Positions 25,679-39,682 of a stretch of 64,000 bases of DNA are shown here, piece after piece. Numbering within the stretch: position 1 is the first letter of the stretch; every line of letters starts with the position of its first letter. A program made the translations under genes and the position numbers. Under the pieces are notes generated by a model, which worked only from the letters and a program-made list of their open reading frames with translations, ran no database searches and was not told the origin of the DNA. Source of the DNA: Octopus sinensis (Eukaryota); NCBI RefSeq assembly GCF_006345805.1, contig NC_043011.1, positions 53,084,464-53,148,463 of the forward strand. Reading direction: 5' to 3'.

Positions 25679-26539
25679 AAAAACAGTTATCTTTTCTGGA
25701 TATGCTATGAGTATCTATATATTTTTCTATAATCTGAAAAGATGGCAGATTCTTCTCACACATACAATCATTGCCTTATGTATAATCTATCTTCATGTTA
25801 GCCAGAATCATATGAGTGTAGTCATTTGTATGAAATCTCAAATGTATCAAATTGGCCCTGTAGGACATTCTGAAATGTAATCTGATGCCAAAGACCAGAA
25901 ATGAAATAAAAAGAATTATTAAATACATATTCTCTTTCATATGCATCTTCATGTCCATCCATCTGGTTTGACATTTTTCTTCCCATTAACATCCACAAAA
26001 TAGTATTACAGGAAAGAGATGCTACTGCTGATTCTGAAGTGGGCAACATTGAAGTACTTATGGAAAAATCTACTGGGAATGCAAGATCAATTGCACATTC
26101 CTCTGGCAGTCAAAACATGTTGCTAACTGTCTGAAAATTGGAATTAAAATACAAGCAAATGATGGGAAGCAAAAGAACTTTTATGATAACCAATCAAGTG
26201 ATAAAAGCCAGACAAAGAGTTTTGAAACATCTGCAGAATCATGATTTCAAACAACTTTTTTAATCCTTGTGATTCTATATTAGTGGTTAGCAAAAATATT
26301 TGAACTGCAAAGGAAATCTCTGACACTTTTTCATTCCTCTGGCAATAGCTGTCAATACTGAAAAATCTTTTGACCACAGAGTCTGTGTCACTGTAGAAAT
26401 TATAATTCTGATGTAAAAACTAAAGGACTCTCAAGTGAATTAACTGACTTTAATGCTGTGACAACTTTGGCTAAATTCAAATTAAATCCATCAATTTACT
26501 CAACACAATATATACAATTACAAATTGGAAAACATCCAA

Positions 26540-26790
26540 CTTGTACTTGTATGTTCCAAATCTTCGTGCATCACTTTGGATTTTTCTCTTAATGCCTGGT
26601 ATGGCAGCCTCAGCTGAACATTCATTCAGTGAGTTCAAATCAAGACAGAAATTATCCCAGAACAAACAAGCCAAAACGTTGTCTGGTGGCCTTAACTTGA
26701 CTCAACATTGAACCAGTACTCAGCTGAAACATTGATTTTAAACCTAAAGAAAACTTTGTACACTTGAAGCCGCATGAAGCACTTTTTAAG
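26540..26790 (+). pseudogene. hAT transposase C-terminal dimerisation-domain fossil (decayed ORF probably extends upstream to about 25750)
   Basis: YVPNLRASLWIFLLMPGMAASAEHSFSEFK...LNIEPVLS*NIDF resembles hAT FPNV.IALRIFLT.PVTVASAERSFSKLK...LSIE. Confidence 0.72.
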
Positions 26791-27289
26791 AAAACCTCAT
26801 CAGTCATTCTATAATCTTTGGTAAAAAAGAAGCTAAACAACTAGACAACCTACTTGTTAAATTAGTATGTGAAATGCATGAATATTCCCCAGACACACAG
26901 TCATCCTTAATGTAATTTGTTTGCATAGTCTTGGAAACAGGTGGTGCAAGTGCAGTCCTTAAAATTTTGGTGGGTCAATGAAAGCGCCTCAAACATCCTT
27001 CTGAAAAACTGGGTTTGTATAACCTAAGCAAATTTCATTGCCATACCTATGTTTTCATGTAGAATCAGAGATACAGTGTCCCTCACTGGATCTTTGAATT
27101 TCAGATACAGCCCACCTAGCAGGTATCTACACAGTTTCCATCTGCCCAGTTTCATTCACCTAGCTTGAGTTGACCAAAAGGAAAGGACCATGCCACTGTA
27201 GGATTGAACCCAGAAACCCATGGTTATGATACAAACTTCTTAATGACTCAGTCATGCCTGCTTCTCTATGATGTATATATATATATATA

Positions 27290-27480
27290 TAACTAAACAT
27301 GGACTGTTGGTGATTTTTTTTCCTCCTTCCTTTTCTTTTGGACTTTCCTATGTGTCCTGTTGCCGAAGAAGAGTTTTCTTTCTTTCTTCTCTGAGCATCT
27401 CATTAATACTTTGCATGTACTACATCCTCGCATTGTTGCTTTTTCTTGTCTTTTTTCTCTATTTTTTTGATTAACTATAT
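27290..27480 (+). mobile_element. Degenerate relative of element 5201-5412
   Basis: gttggtgatttttttt...ttcctatgtg...gttgccgaagaagag...ctgagcatc...catcctcgcattgttg...gattaact collinear with 5220-5412. Confidence 0.6.
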
Positions 27481-27499
27481 CTATATATATATACAATTA

Positions 27500-27925
27500 T
27501 AGGTGCAAGGGTGGTTTTGTGGTAAGAAGCTTGCTTCCCAACCACATGGTTCCTGGTTCAGTCTTAAAGCATGGCAAATTGGGCAAGTGTCTTCTACTAT
27601 AGCCTCAGATATACCAAAGCCTTGCAAGTGGATTTGGTAGACGGACACTGAAAGAAGCCCTTTGTATATATATATATATATGTATGTATGTATGTATATC
27701 TATGTGTGTGTGTGTGTTTGTTCCCCCATCACCACTAGACAATAGGTGTTGATGTGTTTATGTTCCTGTAACTTAGTGGTTTGGCAAAAGAGACTGACAG
27801 AGCAAGTTCCAGGCTTAAAAAATATAAGTACTGGGGTTGATTCATTCAACTAAAATTTCAAGGTGGTGCCCCAGCATGGCTGCAGTCTAATGATGGAAAC
27901 AGGTGAAAGATAAAAAGTTAAAAGA
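27500..27925 (+). mobile_element. SINE family B, full length, diverged
   Basis: Head, gggcaagtgtcttctactatagcc core and tail. Confidence 0.85.
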
Positions 27926-28068
27926 TATATATATATATCACCATCATCATCATCATTTAACGTCCACTTACCATGCTGGCATGGGTTAGACAATTTGACT
28001 GGAACTGTTAAGCCTACTGGATTACATGAATCCGTATATTGTGTTTGAAATTTATTTATATATATAAT

Positions 28069-28131
<63 letters not shown>

Positions 28132-28399
28132 ATGTGGGTAGGTGTGTGTGTCAAGAAAAATAAATGACCATTCAAAAATATAACAATATATATATATAAA
28201 GAAAAGTTTTGAATGGTACATATATATGCACGTATAATTGTATGTATATATATGTGTGTGTGTTTATGTATATATATACACATATACATATGTATGTATA
28301 TATATATATACATATGTATATGTATATATATTTATATATAAATGTATATATATATATTTATATACACATACACATACATACCATATATATATATTCTTT

Positions 28400-28725
28400 T
28401 ATTCTTGTATTCTTGTATTTGTTTCAGTTATTTGACTGTAGCCATGCTGGAGCACAGCCTTTAGTTGAACAAATCGACCCCAGGACTTATTTTGTGGAAC
28501 CCTAGTACATATTCTATCAGTCTCTTTTGCTGAACCACTAAGTTACAGGGATGTAAACACACCAACATCAGTTTTCAAGCGATCGTTGGGAGACAGCCAC
28601 AGACACACACACAAATATATACATATATATATGTGCATAGATATATATATATGATGGGCTTCTTTCAGTTTCCGTCTACCAAATTCATTCACAAGACTTT
28701 GGTTGGTCCGAGGCTATAGTAGAAT
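28400..28725 (-). mobile_element. SINE family B lacking head
   Basis: Tail and core in reverse. Confidence 0.85.
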
Positions 28726-28867
28726 GACATATATAATATATATACGTATATTTCACTTAGGCTTTATGGTACTACTAACCTGGTGTAGAACTCAATATTT
28801 TATGCTCTTGATTAAGTATTAGTTGAGTATGAGCGGTAACAGAAAAGAGATTACAAAAGAATAAACA

Positions 28868-28914
<47 letters not shown>

Positions 28915-28944
28915 AAGAAGTTGTATGGTACAGCTCGAGTGGAA

Positions 28945-29099
28945 ATATATATGAAAGAAGGTTTGAAAATGCAATTTTAAAGATGTTTATTCACTTAAAC
29001 AAACATCTTTAGATAAACATCTTAAATAAACATCTTAAAGATGTTTCTTCACTTAAATAAACATCTTTAAAGTTGCATTTTCAAACCTTTCATATTTAT
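28945..29099. repeat. Small fold-back element with nested hairpins
   Basis: Outer ~40-bp imperfect inverted repeat (atgaaag..gtttgaaaatgcaa.tttaaagatgtttatt); internal aaagatgttt...aaacatcttt hairpin present twice. Confidence 0.75.
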
Positions 29100-29509
29100 A
29101 TATATATATATAAATACAAAATGGGACAAGAACGCAAAACATCAAGACAGTTAGGTGATACAAAAATGTGGCAACAAAACATCCAGATAGACGATACAAA
29201 GAAAACAAAGATGGGTCATTTGGGATTTTTTTCCTCAGTCGAGTACCAAGATTATCTTTGCAATTTCGGCTGATTATACTCGAGATTGCTCCAATCTGGT
29301 CAGCTCCAAGGGAAAACTACACGCACACATCAGTGTTTTTTAGTTTCTGTTTACCAAGTCCACTTAAAAAAACATTTGTTGGCTCAGGGCTATAATTGAG
29401 GAAACTTGCCAAAGGATCCCTGCAATGGTGGTGAATCTGCAACCCTGTGGGTGAGATGTGAACCTCTTACCACATAAACCATGCTTGCGACTATAACCAT
29501 GCCTATAAT

Positions 29510-30260
<751 letters not shown>

Positions 30261-30539
30261 ATCACTAGCAGGAGTAAAATGTTGCTGGTGTTGAAGTTAA
30301 AGCAAGTTCCAGACATATATATTATGGTTTTATTAACCATGTTTAAGAGACAATATCTCACCTCTGTATAGGTAAAGTTCTTTATTACATTCATAGTCAA
30401 TGTTACGGTGTAACTATAGCAACAAATTATCCCTAATTCCCCACAATAGGAAGATTTAGACAAATCTGTGAGATCTCTATCAGTGGAAGCAAGCCACAGC
30501 TGAGGTTGGTGTACAGGCACATCTGTTTATTGTCTACAT

Positions 30540-31345
<806 letters not shown>

Positions 31346-31357
31346 CATACATATATG

Positions 31358-31710
31358 TGTAGGCCCAGCTGTGTGGTTCACTCCCATTGTATGGCATCTT
31401 GAGCAAGAGTCTTCTATTAAAACTCCAGACTGACCGATGCCTTGTGAGTGAATTTTGGAGATGAAAACAGTGTGGAAGCTTTTTAGATATGTGTGTGTGT
31501 GTGTTTGTGTTTGTCTGCCCCACCACTTGAAAACCAATGTTGGTTTATTTATGTCCCCATAACTTAACCGTTAGACAAAAGAGACCAATAGAATAAGCAT
31601 TGGACTTAAAAATAAGTCCTGGGGTTAATTTCTCAGATAGCATCCGTCAAGGCAGTGTCCTAGCATGGCTGCAGTCCAATGGGTAGAACAAATGAAATAT
31701 AAAAGATATG
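31358..31710 (+). mobile_element. SINE family B, old and degenerate
   Basis: ggcatcttgagcaagagtcttcta...aaaagagaccaatagaataagc...gcatggctgcagtc. Confidence 0.7.
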
Positions 31711-32000
31711 ATACATACATGCATACATACATACATACAAGTTTACATGTGTAATTATTGTGGCACTGGGGTATGTAACACTACCTAAATACCAATCTTC
31801 AGGAATTAGGCTTCTCAAAACCAGAAAGGAGAAAGCCGATTTGAAGACTACAGATCCAGTCCATCACTGGAACTGTAAAAATCTGTAAAACTTTCCAGAA
31901 GTTTATCATTTAAGTATATACGAGCATGTCTAGACATGCAACTATATGCATGAGAATACATACATAAAACAAAACATACATACATACATACATACATACA

Positions 32001-32031
<31 letters not shown>

Positions 32032-32879
32032 GTACATATATACAAAAATACCCTGTTGATGTTGAAATTCCAATGAATCTAGGTTAGAAACCAGCTGTTT
32101 CTCTATTGGCAATAAATCTTGGAATTAAACTGAATAATGACATACATGCATACATACACACATAATACACACACACATACATTCATACATACACATATGC
32201 ATACTCTCATACACATACACATACATACATACATACATATGCATACATACTTACAATAATGTCCAGGGATTTTTTTTTTACGTTAGACAGTGGACTGGTG
32301 GAGTCGTAAAAGTGTCAGACAGAATACCTTGTGATATTTATTGCAGCTTTTTGTCCTGCGATCAAATCCTGTCATGACCTACTCAGGTGGTGGACTTAAC
32401 CCATTGCTTGTTTTAACACTACTTCTTGGCTCTTGGATGCCTTAAGAGAAGTCCACTCACACTTGTGTAAACATTTGTGCCAGGTCACTAGTTTGAGTTA
32501 TCTCCGTCCTCCCCTCTGCCTCAGAGACTCTGTAAAGGGCTATGGACACTGGCCTTCACTTCCAACTAAGATTAAATAAAACCGATTTTAAAAACCCTAC
32601 TATGTCTTGATTGTTTACTTAGTCTATACACACATGTAACTAAATACCACTTGGTTCTTTAACCCTTTTAGCCATCTGTTTCTTTAATATAATGAACAGT
32701 ACCACATAGTTTGAAGTGGGGTACTTTATATAATAACCTCCAGAATGATGATGATAAAGTTTAACACAGGCAGGAACCAGGAGGGGAAGGAAGTATAAAA
32801 TGAGTATTGGTAAAGTGCATGAGGTACAGGCAGATCTGATGTGATCCCTTTTCCATTCACAATAGAGTTAATAGCTTCC

Positions 32880-33050
32880 TGAACATGTTCCAACCCATTC
32901 TTACACTGGCTGCTATGTTTTCAGGCCAACCAACCCCTCACTGCTACTTAGAGCTCCCCTTGGTAACAGAAACTGTTAACCACTCCTATAGAGTTTCTAG
33001 GACATTTGACACAGTTTTGCATGAATGCTTATTGTTTTTGTGCACTGGCT
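32880..33050 (+). pseudogene. CR1/Jockey-like LINE reverse-transcriptase fragment, heavily decayed
   Basis: YVFRPTNPSLLL / VTET..RVSRTFDTVLHECLL resembles QYGFR..RST / LDISKAFD.V.H..LL. Confidence 0.4.
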
Positions 33051-33107
33051 GTATGAAAAGTATACATTTCTATTCGTCTATCCTATCATGTGAAGATACC
33101 TGGGTTA

Positions 33108-33390
33108 GTGGTCAGGATATTTGGCTCACAGTTGTATGGTTGTGAGTTCGATTCCCAGCAACGCGTTGTGTCCTTGAGCAAGACACTTTATTTCACATTA
33201 CTCCAGTCCACTCAACTGACAAAAATGAGTGAGTTGTACCTGTATTTCAAAGGGCCTACCATATCACATTCTCTGTCATGCTGAATCTTCTTGAGAACTA
33301 TGGTGAAGGTACACTTGTCTGTGGTGTACTCAGCCACTTCCACATTAATTTCACAAGCATGCTGTTTCGTTGATCGGATCAGCTGGAATA
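33108..33390 (+). mobile_element. SINE family D
   Basis: B-box gagttcgattccc, gtgtccttgagcaagacactt domain. Confidence 0.8.
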
Positions 33391-33469
33391 CTTGGAGTGC
33401 TGCATCCTGATCTCACTACACTCTTTCTCTCTGTTATATTCACTAGATAAACCATATAGAATTTACATT

Positions 33470-33990
33470 GTTGTTGTTGTTGTGACCTCCTTTGGTCATG
33501 AATGACCATGGGATTGCACCTAGAAAGTTACCCTCCGAGGCACAAGTCTGGGCAAGGTTGTTTATGGAAGACCAACAGTCGCCCATGCATACCAGCCTCC
33601 ATTCTCCATGCCACCGATGTTATCCAAGGGAAAGGCAAAGGCTGATACAGCTTGGCACCAGTGTCGCCACAGCTCATTTATTAACATGCAAGTGGCTGAG
33701 CACTTCACAGACACATGTACTCTTAATGTAGTTCTTGGGGAGATTCAGCGTGACACAGACTGTGACAAGGCTAGCCCTTTGAAATACAGGTACAGCAGAA
33801 ACAGGAAGAGAGAGAGAAAGCTGTGGTGAAAGAGTAAAGCAGGGTTCACCATCACCCCTGCCGGAGCCTTGTGGGGCTTTAGGTGTTTTCACTCAATAAA
33901 TACTCACAACGCCCAGTCTGGGAATTGAAACCGCAATCCTATGCCCACGAGTCCGCTGCCCTAATCACTGGGCCATTGCGCCTCCACAGA
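33470..33990 (-). mobile_element. Composite SINE-like copy (tRNA-like head, family D-related body, (CAA)n tail)
   Basis: Reverse head with ggtttcaattccc B-box near 33920; body shared with 40265-40440; tail caaaggaggtcacaacaacaac. Confidence 0.55.
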
Positions 33991-34011
33991 ATTTATATTA
34001 ATACTATTATA

Positions 34012-34445
34012 AAAGGTGGGCAAGCTGGCAGAATCATTAAAACACTGGACTAAATGCTTAGCAGAATATATCATTTGTCTTTATGTTCTGAATTGAAATT
34101 CTGCTGAGGTCAGCTTTGCTTTTTATCCTATTAACCCTTTAGCATTCAGATTCTTCTGTCAAATGTATTACTTATTTATTCACACTGTTTTAAATTAATC
34201 CTGCATCATCTCATAGCTTTGAAATTTCAGTTTTACCTGTTGTTATGTTCTGGGTTAAAATTCTGCTGAGGTAAACTTTGTCTTTCGTTCTTTCAGGGTT
34301 GATAAATTAAGTACCAGTTGAGCACCGGGGTCGATGTAATTAACTATCTGCCTTACCCCCAAATTTCAGGCTTTGTGCCTATAATAGAAACGATTGTTAT
34401 TATTAGTAGTAGTATTACTATTATTATTATTATTATTATTTCTAT
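34012..34445 (+). mobile_element. SINE family A2 [(ATT)n tail], interrupted by a piggyBac-type MITE fragment at 34131-34230
   Basis: Head aaggtgggcaagctggcagaatc; tail ccccaaatttcaggctttgtgcctataatagaaacg(att)n; ttaa|ccctttagcattcag inside. Confidence 0.75.
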
Positions 34446-34449
34446 TATT

Positions 34450-34798
34450 GAAAACAAGTGGATGTATTCCACTGAAATTAGGTAAATAAATCCTTCGAAC
34501 AGACGGTCGGTAGCGACACCTGCTGGGTCTGACTACTCTGCATTGATAAAGGGCAACTACCCTGAAACATGTCTGCAGATGTCTGACCAGCAAGGGGAAG
34601 TGGCTGACCTCCCCTGTTCGAAGGTTATAATGGACGCAGGTTCGTGTGTCATATAGCTAGCTTGAGGCGATGGCCTCTTGGAGCTAATCAACGGCAGCTT
34701 TAGTCTTATATTTATAGACTACCATATTAGCTTGGCGATAACTATTAATATCCAGTAACGCTGCCGTAATCTCCTTTAGAGAGACTTAGAAATTTTAA
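34450..34798 (+). mobile_element. 349-bp structured non-coding element with a hammerhead ribozyme (retrozyme-like)
   Basis: 13-bp TSD tatttctattatt (34437-34449 / 34799-34811); HHR 34537-34579; multiple perfect hairpins; no ORF. Confidence 0.78.
34537..34579 (+). ncRNA. Type-I hammerhead ribozyme, U3-A8 core variant, GUC cleavage site after 34573
   Basis: Stem I TCTGCA/TGCAGA; core TTGATAA; stem II AGGG-caacta-CCCT; GAAA; palindromic ACATGT helix III; C17. Confidence 0.82.
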
Positions 34799-34830
34799 TA
34801 TTTCTATTATTACTATTATTATCATTATTA

Positions 34831-35043
34831 AAAGGCAGCAAGCTGGATGAGTCGTTACTGTGCCGGGCAAAATGCTCAGCAGCATTTCGTTCATCTCTAC
34901 GTTCTGAGTTCAGGTGTTGCCAGGATCAACTTTACTTTTCATCCTTTCAGGATGGATAAAATAAGTACCAGTTGTGCACTGGGGTTGATGTAATTGACTT
35001 TTATCCCCTTGCCATCTCCCCACTGAAATTGCTGCTGCTGCTG

Positions 35044-35130
<87 letters not shown>

Positions 35131-35144
35131 ATTATTACTATTAC

Positions 35145-35195
<51 letters not shown>

Positions 35196-35204
35196 TACTA
35201 TTAC

Positions 35205-35247
<43 letters not shown>

Positions 35248-35248
35248 T
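34831..35248 (+). mobile_element. SINE family A2 followed by an (ATT/GTT)n array
   Basis: aaggcagcaagctgg head, ctgagttcagg B-box, ctcccccactgaaattgctg tail, then (att)n. Confidence 0.75.
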
Positions 35249-35811
35249 GCTTGCCTGCTATTCAATATGATATTTAGTGGTGTTTTATGGGATGAGACCT
35301 AAAATCTTCTCAGAATAAAATACCCGGGTATCACATATTATTTAGCATTTCCAGTTGTTCGTGCATCCAATTTTTATATATAGACTCAGTAGTAGACCTG
35401 ATGCTGTATATAAGAAACTATCCTATGGAATAAAACTGCATGAAAATATCCACATTTGATTTGAAATCATGATCTATGATTTTGCTGTATGATAGCTGGT
35501 TGACCACTTCACTTCACTTCTACATCAAGACAGATGAAACTAGTTGTTTTGACTCTTATTCCAGCTGCTGAAAGCTCCTTAATTAAGCCACAATGATTAA
35601 TTTTATAGCAGAACTAAATAACGCTAAATGCATGTTCAAATTTGGTCTGAATTTCTGAAATGAGTAATTGCCATTATTATACACTGACATTTTCAGACTG
35701 TTGTCCTCATCTTGGTTGCTATAGTCACAACATTTCAGCTGTTGTACACACAGGCATTATACAGGTGCTTCTCACACTTGGAGTACACACACACACAAGA
35801 TTTATATGTGA

Positions 35812-35845
<34 letters not shown>

Positions 35846-35847
<2 letters not shown>

Positions 35848-36131
35848 TCATCATCATTTAGCGTCCGCTTTCCATGCTAGCATGGGTTGCATGGTTCGAC
35901 CGGGTCTAGGAAACCAGAAGGCTGCATCAGGCCCAGTCTGATCTGGTAGTGTTTCTACGGCTGGATGCCCTTCCTAACGCCAACCACTCCGTGAGTGTAG
36001 TGGGCGCTTTTTACGTGCCACTCGCACAGGTGCCAGACGGAGCTGGCAAACGGCCACGGACGGATGGTGCTTTTTACGTGCCACCGGCACGGGGGCCAGG
36101 TGAAGCTGGCAATGGCCACGATTGGATGGTG

Positions 36132-36135
<4 letters not shown>
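35846..36135 (-). mobile_element. RTE LINE 3' UTR copy (family C)
   Basis: Tail plus two tandem units. Confidence 0.9.
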
Positions 36136-36174
<39 letters not shown>

Positions 36175-36176
<2 letters not shown>

Positions 36177-36562
36177 TTTTATTCCTTTACTTGTTTCAGT
36201 CATTTGACAGCAGCCATGCTGGAGCACCACCTCTAGTCGAACAAATCGACCCAAGGACTTATTCTTTGTAAGCCTAGAACTTATTCTATTGGTCTCTTTT
36301 GCCAAACTGCTAAGTTACAGGGACGTAAATACACTAGTATCAGTTCTCAAGCGATGGTGGTGGGGACAAATACAGACATACAAACATATACATATATATA
36401 AGACAGGCTTCTTTCACTTTCCATCTACCAAATCCACTCACAAAGCTTCAGTCAGCCCAAGGCTATAGTAGAAGACACTTGCCCAAGGTGCCATGCAGTC
36501 AGACTGAACCCAGAACTATGTGGTTGGGAAGCAAGTTTCTGAACACACTGTCACGCTTGCAT
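36175..36562 (-). mobile_element. SINE family B, full length
   Basis: Tail, core and head in reverse. Confidence 0.88.
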
Positions 36563-36587
36563 CAATATTATATATATATATATATAT

Positions 36588-36880
36588 CATCATCATCATC
36601 ATCATCGTTTAGCGTCCGTTTTCCATGCTAGCATGGGTTGGATGGTTCTACTGGGGTCTGTGAAGCCAGAAGGCTTCATCAGGCCCAGTCAAATCTGGCA
36701 GTGTTTCTACGGCTGGATGCCCTCCTAACGCCAACCACTCCGTGAGTGTAGTGGGTGCTTTTTACGTGCCACCCGCACAGGTGCCAGACAGAGCTGGCAA
36801 ACGGCCACGAACGGATGGTGCTTTTTATGTGCTACCGGCACGAGGGCCAGGCGAGGCTGGCAATGGACACGAAACGGGCG
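36588..36880 (-). mobile_element. RTE LINE 3' UTR copy (family C)
   Basis: Tail plus two tandem units. Confidence 0.9.
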
Positions 36881-37255
36881 GTATATATATATATGTATAT
36901 GTATATATGTGTGTGTGTGTGTTTGTGTACATGTGTGTATATATATATATATATAAATTAGCACGGAGCATAAGGATGTGGGAAAAGCATCAAACTGTTT
37001 AGTAATAAGACCTAAAGTCCTAATTCAACTGCTGGAAGGACTTTAGTTCTTGTTTCTAAAAAGGTCGATGCTTTTCCTGCATCTTTATGCTCTGTGCTAA
37101 TCTTAAAACTTTATAGCTGTATAATGCTATTAAATCTCTGAACCACCTATGTTACTGCTGTTAATATTATCCATTAAAAATATTCACCCCCAGATAATAT
37201 TAACATTAATAACATCTTACTTCGAATGTAAACGTTCGAATGTTTTGCTCATATA

Positions 37256-37650
37256 TCATCATCATCATCATCATCGTTTAGCGTCCGCTTTCCATGCTAG
37301 CATGGGTTGGACGGTTCAACTGGGGTCTGGGAAGCCAGAAGGCTGCACCAGGCCCAGTCTGATCTGGCAATGTTTCTACGGCTGGATGTCCTTCCTAACG
37401 CCAACCACTCCGTGAGTGTAGTGGGTGCTTTTTACGTGCCAGACGAGTCTGGCAAACAGCCACAATCGGATGGTGCTTTTTATGTGCCACCGGCACAGGG
37501 GCCAGGCAAGGCTGGCAACGGCCACGAACGGATGGTGCTTTTTACGTGCCACCGGCACGAGGCCAGCCGGGGCGGCGCTGGCAACGGCCACGTTCGGATG
37601 GTTCTCTTACGTGCCACCAGCACTGGTATCTCAGCTGCAATTTCCATTGA
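37256..37650 (-). mobile_element. RTE LINE 3' UTR copy (family C)
   Basis: Tail plus tandem units to ggtatctcagctgcaatttccattga. Confidence 0.9.
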
Positions 37651-37809
37651 TCGATTTTATATATATATGTATATATATATAAATGTGTGTGTGTGTATGT
37701 ATATGTGTGTGTGTGTGTGCATAGATATAAAAGATATATGCATGTATAAATGTATATATGCATATACATATGAGAAGCATCTGTAGAAAAACAAAAAACC
37801 TAGAAACCT

Positions 37810-37847
<38 letters not shown>

Positions 37848-37869
37848 TGCACATATGCACAGATATACA

Positions 37870-38012
37870 TACTATGGGCTTCTTTCAGTTTCTATCAACC
37901 AAATCCACTCAAAAGGCTTTGGTTGATCCAACGCTGCTCCACACAGTGAGATTGAACTTGAGATCACATGGTTCAAAAGCAAGCTTCTTAAGCATACAGC
38001 CATGCCTGTGCC
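37870..38012 (-). mobile_element. SINE family B, 5' half with deletion
   Basis: gggcttctttcagtttc...catacagccatgcctgtgcc. Confidence 0.7.
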
Positions 38013-38044
<32 letters not shown>

Positions 38045-38802
38045 ACACTCACACACACACACAACACTCACACACACACACAACACACACACACACACAT
38101 AAATACAGGGATATCTCAGCTTAAGTTGTTTCGACTTAAGTCATTCTCAAAGATACGTCAGTTTTCAAAGATAATATATGGTAAAATAGAAAGTTAAGTT
38201 GCTTTACTCAACTTTATGTCGGTCCACCAATAATATTGGAATCGTAAAAACACTAAGAAACATTAGAAGCACATAAAATCATGTTACAAGAAATAAGAAT
38301 AAAACATATAAAATCATATTAAAATACAGTAAATGCTAAAATACCCACCATAAAGTAATTAGTCTAGTTCACTAAGCATGAAATCAGCTGTGTTGTCTTA
38401 TTTATCTGTCTTTCGGAGCTCATATTGCACTGGTAGTTCCAATATCTACCATTAGGCATTGTAGTCATTCCCGCAATTGTTTTTAATTTAGTTTTGTTTA
38501 CATCTGTTTATCGTTTAGATTCTCTCATTTATATTCATTTGTAACTTTAAAGTCCTGGTGAAAGTGCTAAGCGCCAAGCTAAGTTGGCGATGATAAAATG
38601 TCATGATAAAGGTGAAAAAGTTGTAATGATTGCATGATCTTTTGGGGTGGGTTGGACAACTGTATTGACGATTGTATATATAAGGACAAGATTTTAGCAC
38701 ATATCACATCTGAAGCCCCAGGGATGAAGAACATTGTCATCAACAAGAGGCGAAATCTTTGAAGAAATGGAAAGTCTGGCATACTAACGTTTCTGCCATC
38801 TT

Positions 38803-39032
38803 ATTTCTCTACTGCCCACAAGGGGCTACACACAGAGGGGACAAACAAGGACAGACAAAAGGATTAAGTCGATTATACCGACCCCAGTGCGTAACTGGTA
38901 CTTATTTAATTGACCCCGGAAGGATGAAAGGCAAAGTTGACCTCGGCGGAATTTGAACTCAGAACGTAAAGAAAGACGAAATACTGCTTAGCATTTCGCC
39001 CGGCGTGCTAACGTTTCTGCCATCTTGCCACC
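38803..39032 (-). mobile_element. SINE family A1 monomer inside the Tigger element
   Basis: Full head-to-tail match to family A. Confidence 0.92.
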
Positions 39033-39224
39033 TTAATGCTTTCCCAATATTATGAGGGCTTGTCATGAAGCTTTTGCTCCTGTATTGAAATCCTTGACAA
39101 AAAAAAAGATGACAGTTCAAAGCACTTTTGACCAGCTTTTTAAATGCATCGAATGACAATGAGAATTGCCAGAATCAGCCGAAGATGTTGACATCAACGA
39201 TCCTCGGCCATTTACATCTACATT

Positions 39225-39577
39225 GTAAACACCACCAAATTTTATGTATTGGTAAATTTAAAATACTTCATTTTTGTCTTTACTTTATTACAAAATAATA
39301 ATTAGTTTGTAAGCTTAAAATAGGTTTTTTATTAACTGTGTCTTATTGAAAATGCACTCGTAAATAAAGTACACTACTGGGGAATGGCTATTAGCGATGT
39401 AAACACCACCAAATTGTACGTATTGGAATATTTAAAATACTTTAGTTTTTTTGTTTTTTTTTACTCTATTACAAAATAATAAATACATATATTTGTAAAT
39501 TTACAATAGGTTTTTATTAAACATGTCTTATTGAAAATGTATTCATAAAGTACAGCACTGGGAAATGGCTATTAGCA
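39225..39577. repeat. Diverged tandem duplication (~175-bp unit x2) within the Tigger 3' region
   Basis: gtaaacaccaccaaatt...aatggctattagc occurs from about 39225 and again from about 39399. Confidence 0.85.
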
Positions 39578-39682
39578 GTTTAGGTTAGGCTAGGTCAGGC
39601 TTAACCTAGCCTATAGACTAGCAATTCGACTTAAGTCTCTTGGAACAAATTAACGACTTATGGTGAGGTATGCCATTATATA

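Larger units (their letters stand above)
38106..39678 (+). mobile_element. Internally deleted pogo/Tigger-like DNA transposon
   Basis: N-terminal HTH fossil KLAMIKCHDKGEKVVMIA*SFGVG.TTV.TI / KDKILAHI...KRR / EIFEEMESL (38560-38778); C-terminal ..KKKMTVQSTFDQLFK (39040-39150); degenerate TIRs with cgacttaagtc motif, left end TA|CAG. Confidence 0.72.

Noticed and set aside
29110-29330. Dispersed repeat with minus-strand cagccGAAA...CTGAGGA
   Set aside because: Stem II cannot form in any hammerhead topology I tried; left as an unclassified repeat
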